A stretch of 64,000 nucleotides of DNA from Callorhinchus milii (lineage: Eukaryota). The stretch spans positions 68,202,001 to 68,266,000 of the forward strand of contig NW_024704742.1 in assembly GCF_018977255.1 (NCBI RefSeq). The letters run 5' to 3'. Below the pieces are notes generated by a model. The model did not search any database and was not told where the DNA came from. It saw only the letters and a list, made by a program, of their open reading frames with translations. How positions within the stretch are numbered: the first letter of the stretch is position 1; each line of letters starts with the position of its first letter. Both the position numbers and the translations under genes were made by a program. Positions 13,135-26,279 of the stretch are shown here, one piece after another.

Positions 13135-13749
13135 ATGTCCGCCATATTGCCTACCTCCGACTGTACCTTATCCCAGATGCAGCCGAAATACCCGTCCATG
13201 CGTTCATCACCTCCCGCCTCGACTTCTCAAATGCCCTCTTTGCTGGTCTCCCCAGCTCCACCATACACAGGATCCAACTGATCCAAAACTCAGTTACCCG
13301 TACTGAACTACTTATCCCCATCACACCATCTCTCCAGGCTCCACTGGCTCCCTATCACCGAACAGATCGATTTCAAGATCCTCACACTCATTTTTAAATC
13401 CCTTCATGCCCTGGCACCTCCTACCTCTCTGACCTGCTCACACCTGCAACCCACAACCCGCTACCTCCACTCGACTGGCTCCAATCTCCTGCTTGTCCCT
13501 GGTGCCCTCCGTTCCATCATTGGTGGCCGTGCTTTCAGTCACTAAGCTCCGAAACTCTGGAAAACTCTTCCTCTATCCCTCTGCCTTGCCCCTTCCTTCC
13601 CCATCTTCAGATCATGCCTGAAGACCTTCTTATTTGACCGTGCCTATGGTCACCTCCCCCGACCTTGGTGTCGTGCTCCACCACTGCCAAGCTCTCTGGG
13701 ACGCAACCCTGCGTGAGGGGCGCTATATAAAGTGCAAGTTGTTGTTGTT
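13135..13749 (+). mobile_element. L2 LINE 3' fragment
   Basis: [19 protein letters not shown]...IQLIQNS motif, L2 3' UTR, gcgctatataaagtgcaag(ttg)n tail. Confidence 0.88.
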
Positions 13750-16700
13750 AATGTTCTCATACTGTGATTAACTCACAGCAGAAATTCAGAACTATTAAAA
13801 CCCAGGCAGATGACTCCACGCGGAGCCATTACTGAAAGCCTCATCTGGGGTTCACAGAGGTGCTGGTAGTTGTTGGATGTTGAGGACGAGCAATGTAGAT
13901 TCAGCTATGTTTACAGTAATGGGGCTCGTACCTCACTGTGCTCTTAAACAATGCTTTTACACCAAATACTTTAATAATAATCCTTATATAATCCTTGCAT
14001 TTGATATAGCGCATTATCACATCGTTGAGATGTCTCAAAGCTCTTCACAGAATATACTGTAAAGTGAATTGACTATGTATTTTGTGGGCAAAACGCAGCA
14101 GCCTATTGCACACAGCAGTGTCCCACAAACAGTCATGGATTGAGAGACCAATTTTTTTAAAATTTCTTTTGAAGGGATTAGTACCCCGGAATATACTTTG
14201 TCTCTGGGGACAAACCTACCTCCTGAGGTAAATTACTGGTGTAAAATGAACCTTTTTCTTCTGGATCTGCTTAGATGTGTCTCTGAGTTGGGTCGTCCTA
14301 TTACTTCCATTTTCAGAACATCTATAATAAACCTTACATTTGTTTACAGTGCCTTATTGTGTCAAAGAAAATTCATACAAAGTGTATTGACTGTGCTCTT
14401 TGTAGGCAAATGTGTCAGCCGATTTACTAACAACAATGAAGCAAATGTCCACTTCATTTTTGCCTGATGGTTTGTACTGTAGCATTTCACATTCACTTTC
14501 TCCCGGCCGACAACTCCCCCTGGATAGCATTGGTCACTCACTTCATGGCTCTTTGTGGGATGTTGCTGTGCACAAATTGGTTGCCTTGTTCACCCACAAA
14601 ATCCAGTTTGCTAAAACCTGTGAAGCGCTTTGAGACACCCGCCCGACACGAAAGGCGCTGTATCAAATCCAAGGATTATTATTATTTCAAACCCAAACTC
14701 TCTGACTGAAAGGCAGGTGGGAGGAAAGCCTTACTTGATCAGAAACCTAGGGTGTATTTTTTTTCCTGTGAAGTCGGTGAGTGGTTCTGGCTTAAATCAC
14801 AGGTTTGGCTCAGGCCACAAGCATCGTGACTGTAATACGTACATTTTGTTCTCTCTACAAATATTCTGTCTGGAAATCATTATCATTGTAAAATGTGAAT
14901 AATTTTCATTTCTCTGCCCCTCCCCCCGAAGTTGCAATTTTTTTTAACAAATGTTGTGGGTGGGGAGGGAGAGAGACAAGCGTCCAAATTTATTCCCAGT
15001 TCAGTGCCAAACCTTTTTAAGGCTTGAGTTTATGATTGTTTCTATGCTCCAAATCCATAATGCTATCCCAACCTCGACCCCTCCTTGTCTGTCTTTAAGT
15101 CTCAAATCCTACCTTCCTGAACACATCTATGGCTGCCTCCCCCTCAGCCTTGCTCGTGTCCTTGATTGGTGGTAGCACTTTCAGTTACTACACTCTGAAA
15201 CTCTGGAACACTCTCCCTCTATCCCTGCAACTTTCCCCCTCTTTCCCCATTTCAGGTTGCGCCTGAATATATTCCTCTTCAACCGTGCTTACAGTCACCT
15301 CCCCCCGGCTCAGCGTCAGGCTCCACTACTGTCAAACACTCTGGGGCACTACCATGGGTGAGGGGCTCTATATAAATGTATGTTGTTGTCCAACTTTCCT
15401 TGTAGAACGCTCCAAGGTGTCACCCTACACTGCGCTCTGAGACGCCGTCCGGAGTGGAGGGCGCTATATAAATCCAAGTTGTTGTTGTTGTATAATGCTA
15501 CACAAGTTGTTGTAGGTGGTTTGGCAGTTTGGCGCCTGAAATTTTCTTCTCTGAGACCTTCTCCAAGAACAAACAAGCCCCTCTTCCTCAGCTGTCTATC
15601 TTCTCAGTGACGTGTTTCTGGAATTTGTAGGGACAAAAATTTATCTTGTTTCACAATTTGTTTTTCAGGATTCAAAACGCCTCGGTCTGGATTATTTTTT
15701 ATATGCGCTTTTTGGCTAAAGATGAAACACACAAGTGCTGTACATTTTTTTTTGAAAAACTGACTATCCTCTTTGTTCTTTGATATTGTTGCACATACAA
15801 CAAGTAAAGCAAGGTTCTGTGGAGCGAACAGTGAGTACTAGGGGTGTGTGCGTGTGGGTGGTGGGGGTTTGGGGAGTTGTATGTTGACTCATCGTTCATT
15901 GTGTCCACGCAGTGTGGGCAGTACTCTTGGCTCGGAGTCAGACAGTTGTGGGTTCAAGCCCCATGGCCTTCAGATTAGATGTAAAACCGAGGTCTGCTTG
16001 TTCCAAAAGTCTTACAAAATTCAGTCTTGCTTGTCGTGGGAGTGATTTACATTCTATTCAAGGCCCGGGCCAAACAGGGCCTTTCAGTCAGGACGTGGGT
16101 CAACCCTCAACACCATTTAAATGTTAAGAGGACAAAAAGGGGCCTTTGACTGAACCATGTGATGTGCCAATAAGTCAGGGCAAAGCCATTGTGGCTGCCT
16201 GTGATGGTTAATGGTCTACATCAGGCATGTTGGCAGGTTAAGGACTGGCAGGGTTGATGAGGGGATGAGCGAACTGTTCTCCGTGTCCCTGTGGGGGAAC
16301 GTAAGAGGCCGTGCTCTATCATTGGGGGAAAGAGAGTGATTAATGAGTTAGCATGCTCTCTGAGGCCACTGGACCTGGATGAGCCCTCAATGCAGCAAGA
16401 ATTCTTAATCAATTCGAGAGGACGTCTCAAAACATTTAACAAGATTTTATTGTAATGTGTAGTAACTGTGTGATATATATAGACGAATGTGGCAGCCAAA
16501 TTGCACATTGCAATGCCCTTCGATCAGCCAGTGGAGTGAATGACTGATTTTATTTGGGGATTTGTAGACCAGGACATTGAGAGCAACTCATTTTTCTTTT
16601 GGACAGTGCAGAGATTTAATGCAGCTCAATTCGCCAACAATTATACAGTCAATTCACTTTACAGTATATCCTGTGAAGCGCTTTGAGACATCTCAATGAC

Positions 16701-17614
16701 ATGATAAGGCGCTATATCAAATGCAAGGATTATTATTATTATTTGGCCCATTGCTTAATAGGCCATCTCACCTTCACCTGACTGGCCCACACCAGCCATT
16801 CTCAGCACTTTGACATCCGTCAATGAACACTCCTGCTCCCGCATTTGAGTATGTGTTAGTTAATTCCTGCCTAATGTGCTCGTGGATCTTATTCAGTCCT
16901 GTAAGAGGCCATCTGCCCTGCACCACCTTGGCTGTTCTGGTGAAGCCTTATATTGTGAGGTATGAGAGTCTCCCAGCCAACAGTCCCCCTAATGAATCAG
17001 CCATTCCTCTCATAGCAGTTTGTAGGACTTTGCTCTGCACAAGAGAGGCTGCCATGTTCACCCACAAAAGCAAATCAATCACAAATCAGTATTCGCAGTA
17101 AAGCACGTTGCGAAGTCTTGACATTATAGGTGTGATAAAAGGGCACGTTTGTTCATTAATACTTCCCCTCCACCCCTCTTGATTCCAACCTCCAGCTCAG
17201 GTGCAAACCCTTAACTGTCCAGTGCCTTGGGACCCTTGTCTTTGACCGTGCCTTCGGTGACACTCCTAGCCTGCCCTCCTGGGCCTAACCCCCATCTCGG
17301 GTGCAAATCCTTGACCGTCCAGCGCCTTGGGAGGTTCCTCCGATGTGAAACGCTTTATACAAATGTAATTTGTTGTTTAATAGGCACACAGCATTATACA
17401 AGACAACTACGGTTTATCTGTAGACTGCCGCTTCCGAAATAACATTGCTCTCTCTCTCTTTTATAATCTCCCAATTTCCATAAAAAAATTCCCTAGTAAA
17501 GCTGCTAAACTGTCTCTCTAGCTGTACTGCTGCACCCTGTGTGAAAAGCAGTTAAATTAGACCATCTGTTCACCTTTCCCTTTCACCAAAACAGCAACAC
17601 TTTGCATTTATGCA

Positions 17615-17795
17615 GGTGTCAGCCTGGTTCAGTTAGTAGCACTTGCCTCTGAGTCAGAAGGTTCAAACTCCACATCGGGATGTTGAACTCACAGTCTGGG
17701 CTGACACTCCAATGCAGTGCTGGGGGAACACTGCATTGTTGGCGATGCCATCGTTCAGATGAGCTATTAAACTAAGGACTCATCTACCTGTTTAA
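17615..17795 (+). mobile_element. DeuSINE 5' part
   Basis: ggtgtcagcctggttcagttagtagcac...gctgacactcc...cagatgag. Confidence 0.75.
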
Positions 17796-17814
17796 GTGTT
17801 TTATGACCAGCACT

Positions 17815-18478
17815 GACTACCACCATCTCCGCAACATTGCCAGACTCCGCCATTGCCTCACCCCTCAGGCTGCCGAAACCCTCACCCACGCATTCGTCAC
17901 ATCAACTCCCTCCTCATCGGCCTTCCCAACTCTTCCCTTCACAAGCTGCAGATCATCCAAAACTCTGCAGCTTGTCTACTCTCACGCACCAGGCTCCGTG
18001 ACCCCATCACTCCCACCCTCGCCCGACTCCACTGGTTCCCCATCCCTCAGAATCCCTAAAATTCAAGATCCTCGTCCTCACTTTCAAGGCCATCCATGGC
18101 CTTGCCCCCTCCTACCTCTCTGACCTGCTGACTCCCTACCAACCTGCCTGCTCCCTCCGGTTAGCGAGTTCCGGTCTGCTCCATGTTTCCCGCCCAACCT
18201 GCCCTGCCACCGGTGGTCGGGCTTTCAGCCTCTCTACCCCCACACTCTGGAACTCCATCCACATTCCCTTCGCCTCGCTTCCTCCCTTGCCTCCTTCAAG
18301 GCCGGTCTCAAGACCCTCCTCTTCCATCGTGCCTTCGGTTGCCCTCCCACTTCTCTGCCTTCTCTCTACCTACCCCACCCCTCCCCCATGTTCGGGTCCT
18401 GACCCCTGACTGTCCAGCGCCTTGGGACGTCCTCCCGACATGAAGGGCGCTCCATAAATTTAACTTTGTTTTTGTTGT
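17815..18478 (+). mobile_element. L2 LINE 3' fragment
   Basis: HLRNIARLR...[28 protein letters not shown] motifs; 3' tail. Confidence 0.88.
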
Positions 18479-18590
18479 TTACCCACAAAATACACAGTCA
18501 ATCCATCATATATTCTGTGAAGCACTTTGAGCCGTCTCAATGATGTGAGAATAAGGAAACTTACCTAAGGTTTTGCCCTGCCCAGGAATC

Positions 18591-18836
18591 GATTCCCAGG
18601 TAGGGTGAAACCTTAGGTAAGTTTCCTTATTCCACACATTCCTGTTTACCTAGCTATGAGTAGGAAGCCGGTTGTTAGTTAATTGGCGGACTGTTTTCCG
18701 GGGTTAATAATCCCTTAAAAATGTGGTCTGCTGCGCAACTTACAGTCAATCCACTTTACAGTATTTCCTGTGAAGCGCTTTGAGACGTCTCAACAACATG
18801 ATAAGGCGCTATATCAAATACAAGGATTATTATTAT
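18591..18836 (+). mobile_element. SINE2 starting at the B box, with a fold-back duplicated 5' end
   Basis: See finding at 18549-18632. Confidence 0.8.
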
Positions 18837-20048
18837 CATCCTGGTTAATTCTCGGTGGGTACAAGGATCTAAATTTGCGGGGCTTCTTAAAGGGATTCCT
18901 TAACAGTTTCCCCAGGGAATTTCTGACCCCCGCCCCCCCACCACCCGCAGAAATTCCTCTCAAGTACCGGATCGTGCCAGAGCACCGCTCCCTCCGCTCA
19001 GCGCCATGTGCTTCTTAAAGGACAACAGCCCTATTTGTGCCTTTCATATTCCTTATGAAAGAATCCCATTGAGGAATCCTGTCGATTTGACAGACCGACC
19101 CCTGTGCTTCATATTTCAACATTTGCATTTTCTTTTGTTCAGAGCCATTTCCCAGGATTCTGTCAATACAAATAAGCAAACCTTTGTTCTCAGTTTATGA
19201 TGTTATGTGATTCTATTAGATCTGGTTACAGACATTTCGACCCACATGTCTCCTTTATTCCCTGTGGATGTGTTTAACACATCAATTCATGGGGAGCATT
19301 GTGTTACTCACTGCCTCTAAAACCTACCCTCAAAATCGTGCGCTGAAATAATTTGTCCCAGAGAAATGTTTCTTTGTCCTGGAAGGATGTTCTACTATGT
19401 TTCAGACTTTGCTGACAAGGACATTTAAGCAGCCTGCGGTCAATTGTTCTAAAGTGAAATTCAATGGGTTCATTTCTGGCCAACCATTCATTTGTCCTCA
19501 ATGTTGTACATTCTCAGCCCGTTGTGCACTTTCACTGGTAACACAATACAGGTTCATTAAAGTGTTCCATTGCGGAGATGGCACAGCGTTCTGGCACACA
19601 CAGGCAAGGCACTCGCTTACCCTAGTGACACAATAACTTAGCAACCGGAGGAGGCCATTGAACCCCTACGAGCCTGCTTTGTCATTTTATTAGATCATAC
19701 TGGCCCAGGGCTTCTCCAGTGTGGGATAATAATAATTTAGCGGCTTATCACGTCTCCCAAACAGGTTTTGCCTCCTAAACAGGTCCACCCCAGTATCTTT
19801 AAATCTCTCTATTGTCTTTGCTTTTAAATCCCTCCACAATCTCACCCTCTCTATCTCTGCAGCCTTCTCAAACCCTGGTGACCCAGCTGCTCACTTCGCA
19901 AGCTTTTAGCCTATCTGTGCCTGCTCTCTGGAACTCCATCCCGGACTCCCTTCCTCACCTCATTCCAGGATAGTCTCAAGACCATGCTTTTCTTCATCCT
20001 TCTCCTCTGTACCCCAGCTCGGGTGCTAGGCCATTATTGTTAATAATA

Positions 20049-20365
20049 TAATAATAATAATCCTTGCATTTGATATAGCGCTTTTCATGTCTTCTCGATG
20101 TCTCAAAGCGCTTCACAGAATATGCTGTAAAGTGAATTGACCGTATATTTGTGGGCGAAACGCGGCAGCCAATTGCGCACAGCAATGTCCCACAAACAGT
20201 CATGGATTGAAAATGACCAATTTATTATTGTTTTGTTTTTTGGAGGGATTATAATAGGTGTGTGGAGTAAGGAAACTTGTCCAAGGTTTCGCCCTGCCTG
20301 GAATTGAACCCAGGTGGTGTCTCGCTTGCAAGGCGAGTGCTCTAACCACTGAGCTACGGGACTTC
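20049..20365 (-). mobile_element. SINE2, short subfamily, full length
   Basis: gtagctcagtggttagagcactcgccttgcaagcgagacaccacctgggttcaattcc head; lacks the central segment of the long form. Confidence 0.88.
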
Positions 20366-20469
20366 ACATAATAATCCTAATAATAATCATTCTTGCATTT
20401 GGTATAGTGCCTTATCACATTGTTGAGACATCTCAAAGCGCTTCACAGAATATATTGTAAAGTGGAATT

Positions 20470-20582
20470 AAAACAGAAGTCACTGGGATGCTCTCTCCAT
20501 AGATGCTGCCTGACCTGCTGAGTATTCCCAGCGACTTCTGTTTTTATTTCAGATCTCCAGCATCTGCAGTATTTTGCCTTAA
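20470..20582 (+). mobile_element. Penelope-like element terminal fragment with inverted end
   Basis: tctctccatagatgctgcctgacctgctgagtattcccagc...ttcagatctccagcatctgcagtattttgc resembles the chondrichthyan Penelope terminus as recalled; 19 bp inverted arms at 20470-20488 and 20526-20544. Confidence 0.65.
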
Positions 20583-21424
20583 TTAGTTTTCAATTTTAAA
20601 TTTAAAGCCCTGAAAATGGTGCTGGATAAATGTGTATTTTTATTATGTGGCCAGCTCTGTGCCCGATTTGTTGTGCACAAAGCATCCGTGTTGATTTGGC
20701 CCATGGAATATCTTGACTATTGTACTTGAACCCTCTCCTTGTGGCCTCCTCATTATAATAGGCACAATCCTGCAGTTTGTTGCTGAGATTTAGTTCCTTG
20801 CTTTCCACATTATTGCTGCCATCTCTGTGTGGCTTCCACTTTCATCGCACTTTAATTTACAGCTTGGGCTTTCCCCAATATTGCATGTGTGTCAAACCGC
20901 CCCACTGCACCACAATAGTCCTTCCCTCACACTCGCTGCTTGCCTTCACACCACATGTTGCGTTGAGTGAATATTTGATGGCAGAGGAAGAACATGAGCC
21001 AGAACATTTAAGATTGAAATTCCACGGGTTTGTTAGTTAGGTAACATAAGATTATTCCCACACAATATACAGTCAGTCCACTTTACAGTGTATTCTGTGA
21101 AGCGCTTTGAGATGTCTCAATGACGTGGTAAGCCACTATATCAAATACAAGGATTATTATTATATAAACAATGGGATTGTATGCAAAACATGGAGAAGGC
21201 TGAGGGGCAGGGGACGAAGGGGGAAGTGGCATGGGCTGTCGAAGAGGTTGTTTTTAGGCGGGATGCAAAGACAGATAGAGAGGATGTGGAGGGGTAGAGG
21301 GTGGGAGTTCCAGAGGCTAGGATAACCTGTCTAAGTCTGAAATTATATATTTTTGCCACCAAATGCAAGAATAGATATTCACAGCTCTTGGGAACTCAGT
21401 AAAATAAACATTATGCTAATAGTG

Positions 21425-21705
21425 ATAATAATAATCCTTACATTTGAATACAGAACCTTACCACATCGTCAAGACTTCTCAGAGCGTTTCATAGGATTTA
21501 CTGTAAAGTGGAGTCACCGGGCACTTCATCGGCGAAATGCAGAAGCCAGTTTGCGCACAGCGATGTCCCACAAACAGCCACGAGTGAGCAACGGGGATTG
21601 TTGGCCAGGACACTGGGAGAGAGAAACTCTCTTCTCTTTTGAATAGTGTCATGGGATCTTTAAAGTACATCTGAACAGGCAGATGGGAACTTGGTTTAAT
21701 GTGAA
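21425..21705 (-). mobile_element. DeuSINE 3' part
   Basis: Tail and Deu domain (atgggatctttaa...ctgaacaggcagatggga) on the minus strand. Confidence 0.75.
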
Positions 21706-22246
21706 CTTCAAAGAAATTTAGAGAAATATATCTGTGCAGGCAATATGAATCTGTTAAGCAAACTGTCTCGCTACAGTTAGGCACTATCCTACATGAAGGG
21801 TATGATGTAAATACAAGTTGACATTTGTTGTGATGGGAGGACAGTAAGGTCAGGTGTTCTGGAAGGATGCGATTGGAGGGCCTTCTTCATACAAATCCTC
21901 TCCTGAGATCTTGCGAACAATCACATGGTAACTGGAATTTAAACCCTGAGGGGAACTCGCTGCTTGTCTTCAAAACATTGCCACGGGATCTCTAACCTCC
22001 ACCTGAACCACCAAAATGGTTCAACAGTTCATTGGAGGAATAGCACCTTGAGCAATGATGTGCCCTCTCATTCAGAATATCAGCCACGATTACTTATAGC
22101 TTCATGCTGCTGTGCAGGGCACACCCCACAATCTTGTAACCCAGAGGTGAGAGTTCACTGCCAGCTGAGCCACTCTGACAGCCTCACTTGAGACTGGAGT
22201 CCAGCAGAAACTTTTGCATCCTACAATACAACAGGCGTATTGTGCA

Positions 22247-22621
22247 TTTTTCTTTGGTCAGCCGGGTATTTGACACATGTGGAAACCCATCACCGTGCTT
22301 AAGAATATCCAAACCAAACTGAGAATTCCATACCTCCCACCTACACATGGAAATCCCCAAAATAGACTGTTGGAATGGAATGTGCACTCTCTCCCTGGAG
22401 GGATGTATCCTGCTTTTACCTAATTCCGGAAAGTATTAGGAGCAGGTTGGTAAGAGCCAAGGCTTGGGGACCCCAGAATGCCCGTTCGGGTAACTGCTGG
22501 AGTCTTAACAGCTAAATCTGTATAGCTTGGCATTGATATCACTTTCCCACTGCTTGTCCAGCAAGCCTACCATCCCACCTGTTAGGTCTTTGGCTTGTAG
22601 GATTAACAGGAGCTGAGTGGG
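22247..22621 (-). mobile_element. Same ~600 bp family, 3' two-thirds
   Basis: Collinear with 50295-50680. Confidence 0.78.
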
Positions 22622-23067
22622 AGGATTCCTTGTACAAGGATTCCTTGTCTGCCTTTGCACATGCAAGTGGGAAATACAGATAAAGGAAGGAGCTGAGAAA
22701 ACCAGAAACAGAATTGGATGTAAGGATAAGGAAAGTGAATAATTAAACAAAATATAATAAGGAGTTTGATGGCTCGTAATCTGGGATGAGGCATCAATGT
22801 AATTCAACTGCACCGAGCTAAAAATGATCATTAATAATATTAAATCTTTGCATTTGAAATGTTGCAATGCCTATAGCCTTCAAAGCGCCTTGCAGGGAAG
22901 TGTAGAGAACGTACTTATAGATAAACATAATAGCCAGTTTGCACACAGTAATGTTCTACAAGCAGCTATGAATAATCGTTGTATTGGGGGGATGGTTACC
23001 AGGAGGTATCGATTTAATTAACTAATTGTTCGTATAAAACGCGTTGACACAATCCAAGATCCAAAAC

Positions 23068-23372
23068 TTATAATAACAATCCTTGCATTTGATATAATGC
23101 TTTATCACATCGTTGAGATGTCTGAAAGCGCTTCAGTGAATATATTCAAAAGTGGATTGACTGTGTATTTTGTGGGCGAAATGCGACAGCCAATTGCACA
23201 CAGCAGTGTCCTACAAACAGTCTTGGATTGAGTGACCTTTTTAAAAAAATTTGGGAGGGATTAATACACCCAGAAAGCGATCCGCCAATCGACTAGCAAC
23301 CGGGTTCCTACAAACTGCTAAGTAAACAGAGTCCTCGGGTTTACAAGGTGAGCGCACTAACCACTACACTAA
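23068..23372 (-). mobile_element. SINE2, long subfamily
   Basis: Tail, body and partly deleted head on the minus strand. Confidence 0.82.
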
Positions 23373-23774
23373 CCACTTACACTTACACTAAGGCTGCTAA
23401 AACAAATGTAACTGGTCTGCTGTATGCTTGGGGCTGGGTAGGGGGGAGGGGAGGTTCATGGCATTCACATTGTTCGTGAGGACAATCTTTGTAGGTCACA
23501 CCTGGCAGATTCACTGGTATGTTCTGTGCATGCACGTAGGGCTGTCCTAACTGATGAATTACACTGGTTTTCCCCACAATGAAGCATTAGAAACAGGCAA
23601 CGCTTCGCTGATAGAGCGAAGACTTATATTCTGTTCCATTCACATTATAAATTCCAGATTCAGCAGGTCTAATCACATCCCACTTGTTCTACCTCAACAA
23701 GCCCTGATATAGCCACATTTAATTAATTACCGAACCACTTCTCCAAAGGATGTGGTCAGGTTTCCATTCTCCTG

Positions 23775-24255
23775 TGGCCCTCTAGCCTGAGTCAGAAAGT
23801 TGTGGGTTCAATCCCCACGTAAGGACTTTGCGCTCACAGTATGAGCTGACACTCCAATACGGTGTTAGGGCATCACTGCATTGTCGGAGGTGTTGCCTTT
23901 AGGATGAGATGTTAAACTGAGGTTCCATCTGCCTGTTCAGGTGGATGTTAGAGATCCTGTGGTGCTCTTCGTAAAGAGAAGGGAGTTTCTCTCTCTTGGC
24001 ATCCTGGCCAAGAATCCCCCAAATAAAATTGTTCAATCACTTCATGACTGTTTGTGGGGCATTGCTGCACACAAATTGGATGCTGCATTTGCCTGTATCA
24101 AACATACACTAGGAGATAAGAAATATCTTTTACTGTGGTGTAGTGAGTAAAAACAAACAAGCAAAAACAAGTGAGTAAAAATAATCCTGTGAAGCGCTTT
24201 GAGACATCTTGATGACGTGATAAGCAACTATATCAATTGCGAGGATTATTATTTC
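23775..24255 (+). mobile_element. DeuSINE
   Basis: gagtcagaaagttgtgggttcaatccc, Deu domain and tail. Confidence 0.8.
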
Positions 24256-24464
24256 TGTGAAAGTGAAAAATTTTATTTCAGCAAAGATAGCTCGGGTCAT
24301 AATATTTTTAAGTCACAGCTGTGAAACATGGATTCTTGACTCTGTGGGTAATTTATCCCCCGTCTCCTGAGGTTCAAGAACAAATTGATTCTATTTTTTC
24401 TGAGGATCATGGTAAGGTTGTACTCCATACAATAATCTCTCCTCATGACACTATGAAACAACTA

Positions 24465-24771
24465 GTAGTCCTGTAGCTCAATGGTTGAGCACTCGCTTTG
24501 CAAGTGAGAGACCTGAGTTCAATTCCAGGCAGAGGGCGAAACCTTGGGCAAGTTTCCTTACTCCACACAGAGCCTAATAATAATCCCTCCAAAACCAAAC
24601 AATAATAAATTGGTCATTTTCAATCTACGACTGTTTGTGGGACATTGCTGTGCGCAATTGGCTGCCGCGTTCGCCCACAAATATACAGTCAATTGTGTTC
24701 TGTGAAGCGCTTTGGGACGTCCTCCCGACGTGAAAAGTGCTATATCAAATGCAAGGATTATTATTATTATT
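24465..24771 (+). mobile_element. SINE2, short subfamily, full length
   Basis: tagctcaatgg A box, gagttcaattcc B box, tail gggacgtcctcccgacgtgaaaagtgctata. Confidence 0.88.
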
Positions 24772-26279
24772 AACTACAAAGTGCTGCACAGGCAATTGCT
24801 GTCAGGTGTAGTGACTATGTATTTTGTAGACAAATATTTTAATATTAATTATAATCCTTGCATCTGATATAACGCCTTATCATGTCATTGAAACGTCTCA
24901 AAACGCTTCATAGAATATACTGTAAAGTAGATCCACTATATTTTGTGGGCGAAATGCAGTAGCCAATTGTGCACAGCAATGTCCCACAAACAGTCATGGA
25001 GTGATTCACCAATTGTATTTGGGGGATTGTTGGGCAGGACACCGGGAGAAACTCCGACAATGCAACAAAGCCCAGAAACTGCAATGATGTGGAGCTTGAA
25101 CACACAATCTTCTGACTCAGAGACATTTGTGCTGCCAAATGAGCCAAATTATTTGGAAAAAGCATCTTGTCTGACCTTCAGGTACAAGTCACACTGCACA
25201 ACAAACAACACCTTAACTCCCAGTATATGTAATTTGCATTGTCAGAAAATTAGACATTAAACTAAGGTCCTATCTGCCTGATCTGGTGTAGGTTGAAAGA
25301 GCCCAGGAAACTATTTGAAGAGAAGATAAATGCTTCCACATAAATTAGCCAGTCACCTCATTGTTGTTCAAGGTAATATAAAATAATATTCCTTGGATTT
25401 AATATAGTGCCTTATCATGTCGTTGAGAAACGCTTCCCAGAATATACTGTAAAGTGAATTGACTGTATATTTTGTGGGTGAAATGTGGTGAAATTGCGCA
25501 CAACAGTGGCCCACAAACATTCGTGGATTGAGTGACCAAATCATTTTTTTACCCTTGGAAAGCAATCTGCTATTTGATTAACAACTGGATTCCCACTTAC
25601 TGCTTGGTAAACAGAGCCGTGTGGAGTGAGGAATCTTGCTTAAGCTTTCATCCTATCTGGGCATGAACCCGGTTCCTCTCGCTTGCGAGACGAGGTACTT
25701 TGCTGTGTGCAAATTGGCTGCTGTTTGTCTACAAGTACGCAGTCAACACAGCAGACAATAACTGAGACTTATTGAGACGTTTTGAACAACAACTTGCGCT
25801 CTTCATGCAGGGTATAGTCTTGAATCACTTAACAGTGGCAGAGATTGACGCTGAGCCAGAGAGAGGGGAGGTGACTGTAGGTACGATGGAAGATAAAGGT
25901 CTGAACTTATAAATTGTATAAAAATGTAATGGAAATGTCTCGCCCCGTTCTGTCGCCCTCCATTTGTTACTTGGCAGGGTGCGAATGTCTGACAATGTTT
26001 CATCAGCCGACACATTGTCTTACAGTTTTAGACCCAACCACTACGCAATTCAAATCAACCATACACACAAGCACTGCTTTGTTCTCCTTATCTTCCTTAC
26101 TTGCCAGGAGCTCTGTTAATGATCGTACAAAGTACAGGTTAGTTTTGTGCTCATTCACTCCTATCTGTTAATGATGATCAGGGAGCCTGACTTTGCAGGA
26201 GGACTTGGAGAAGCAGCCCAGTCACTGGGGGCCTAAGGTCCCCAAGCCTTGGCTGTTGGTAACACGCTCCTAATAACTA

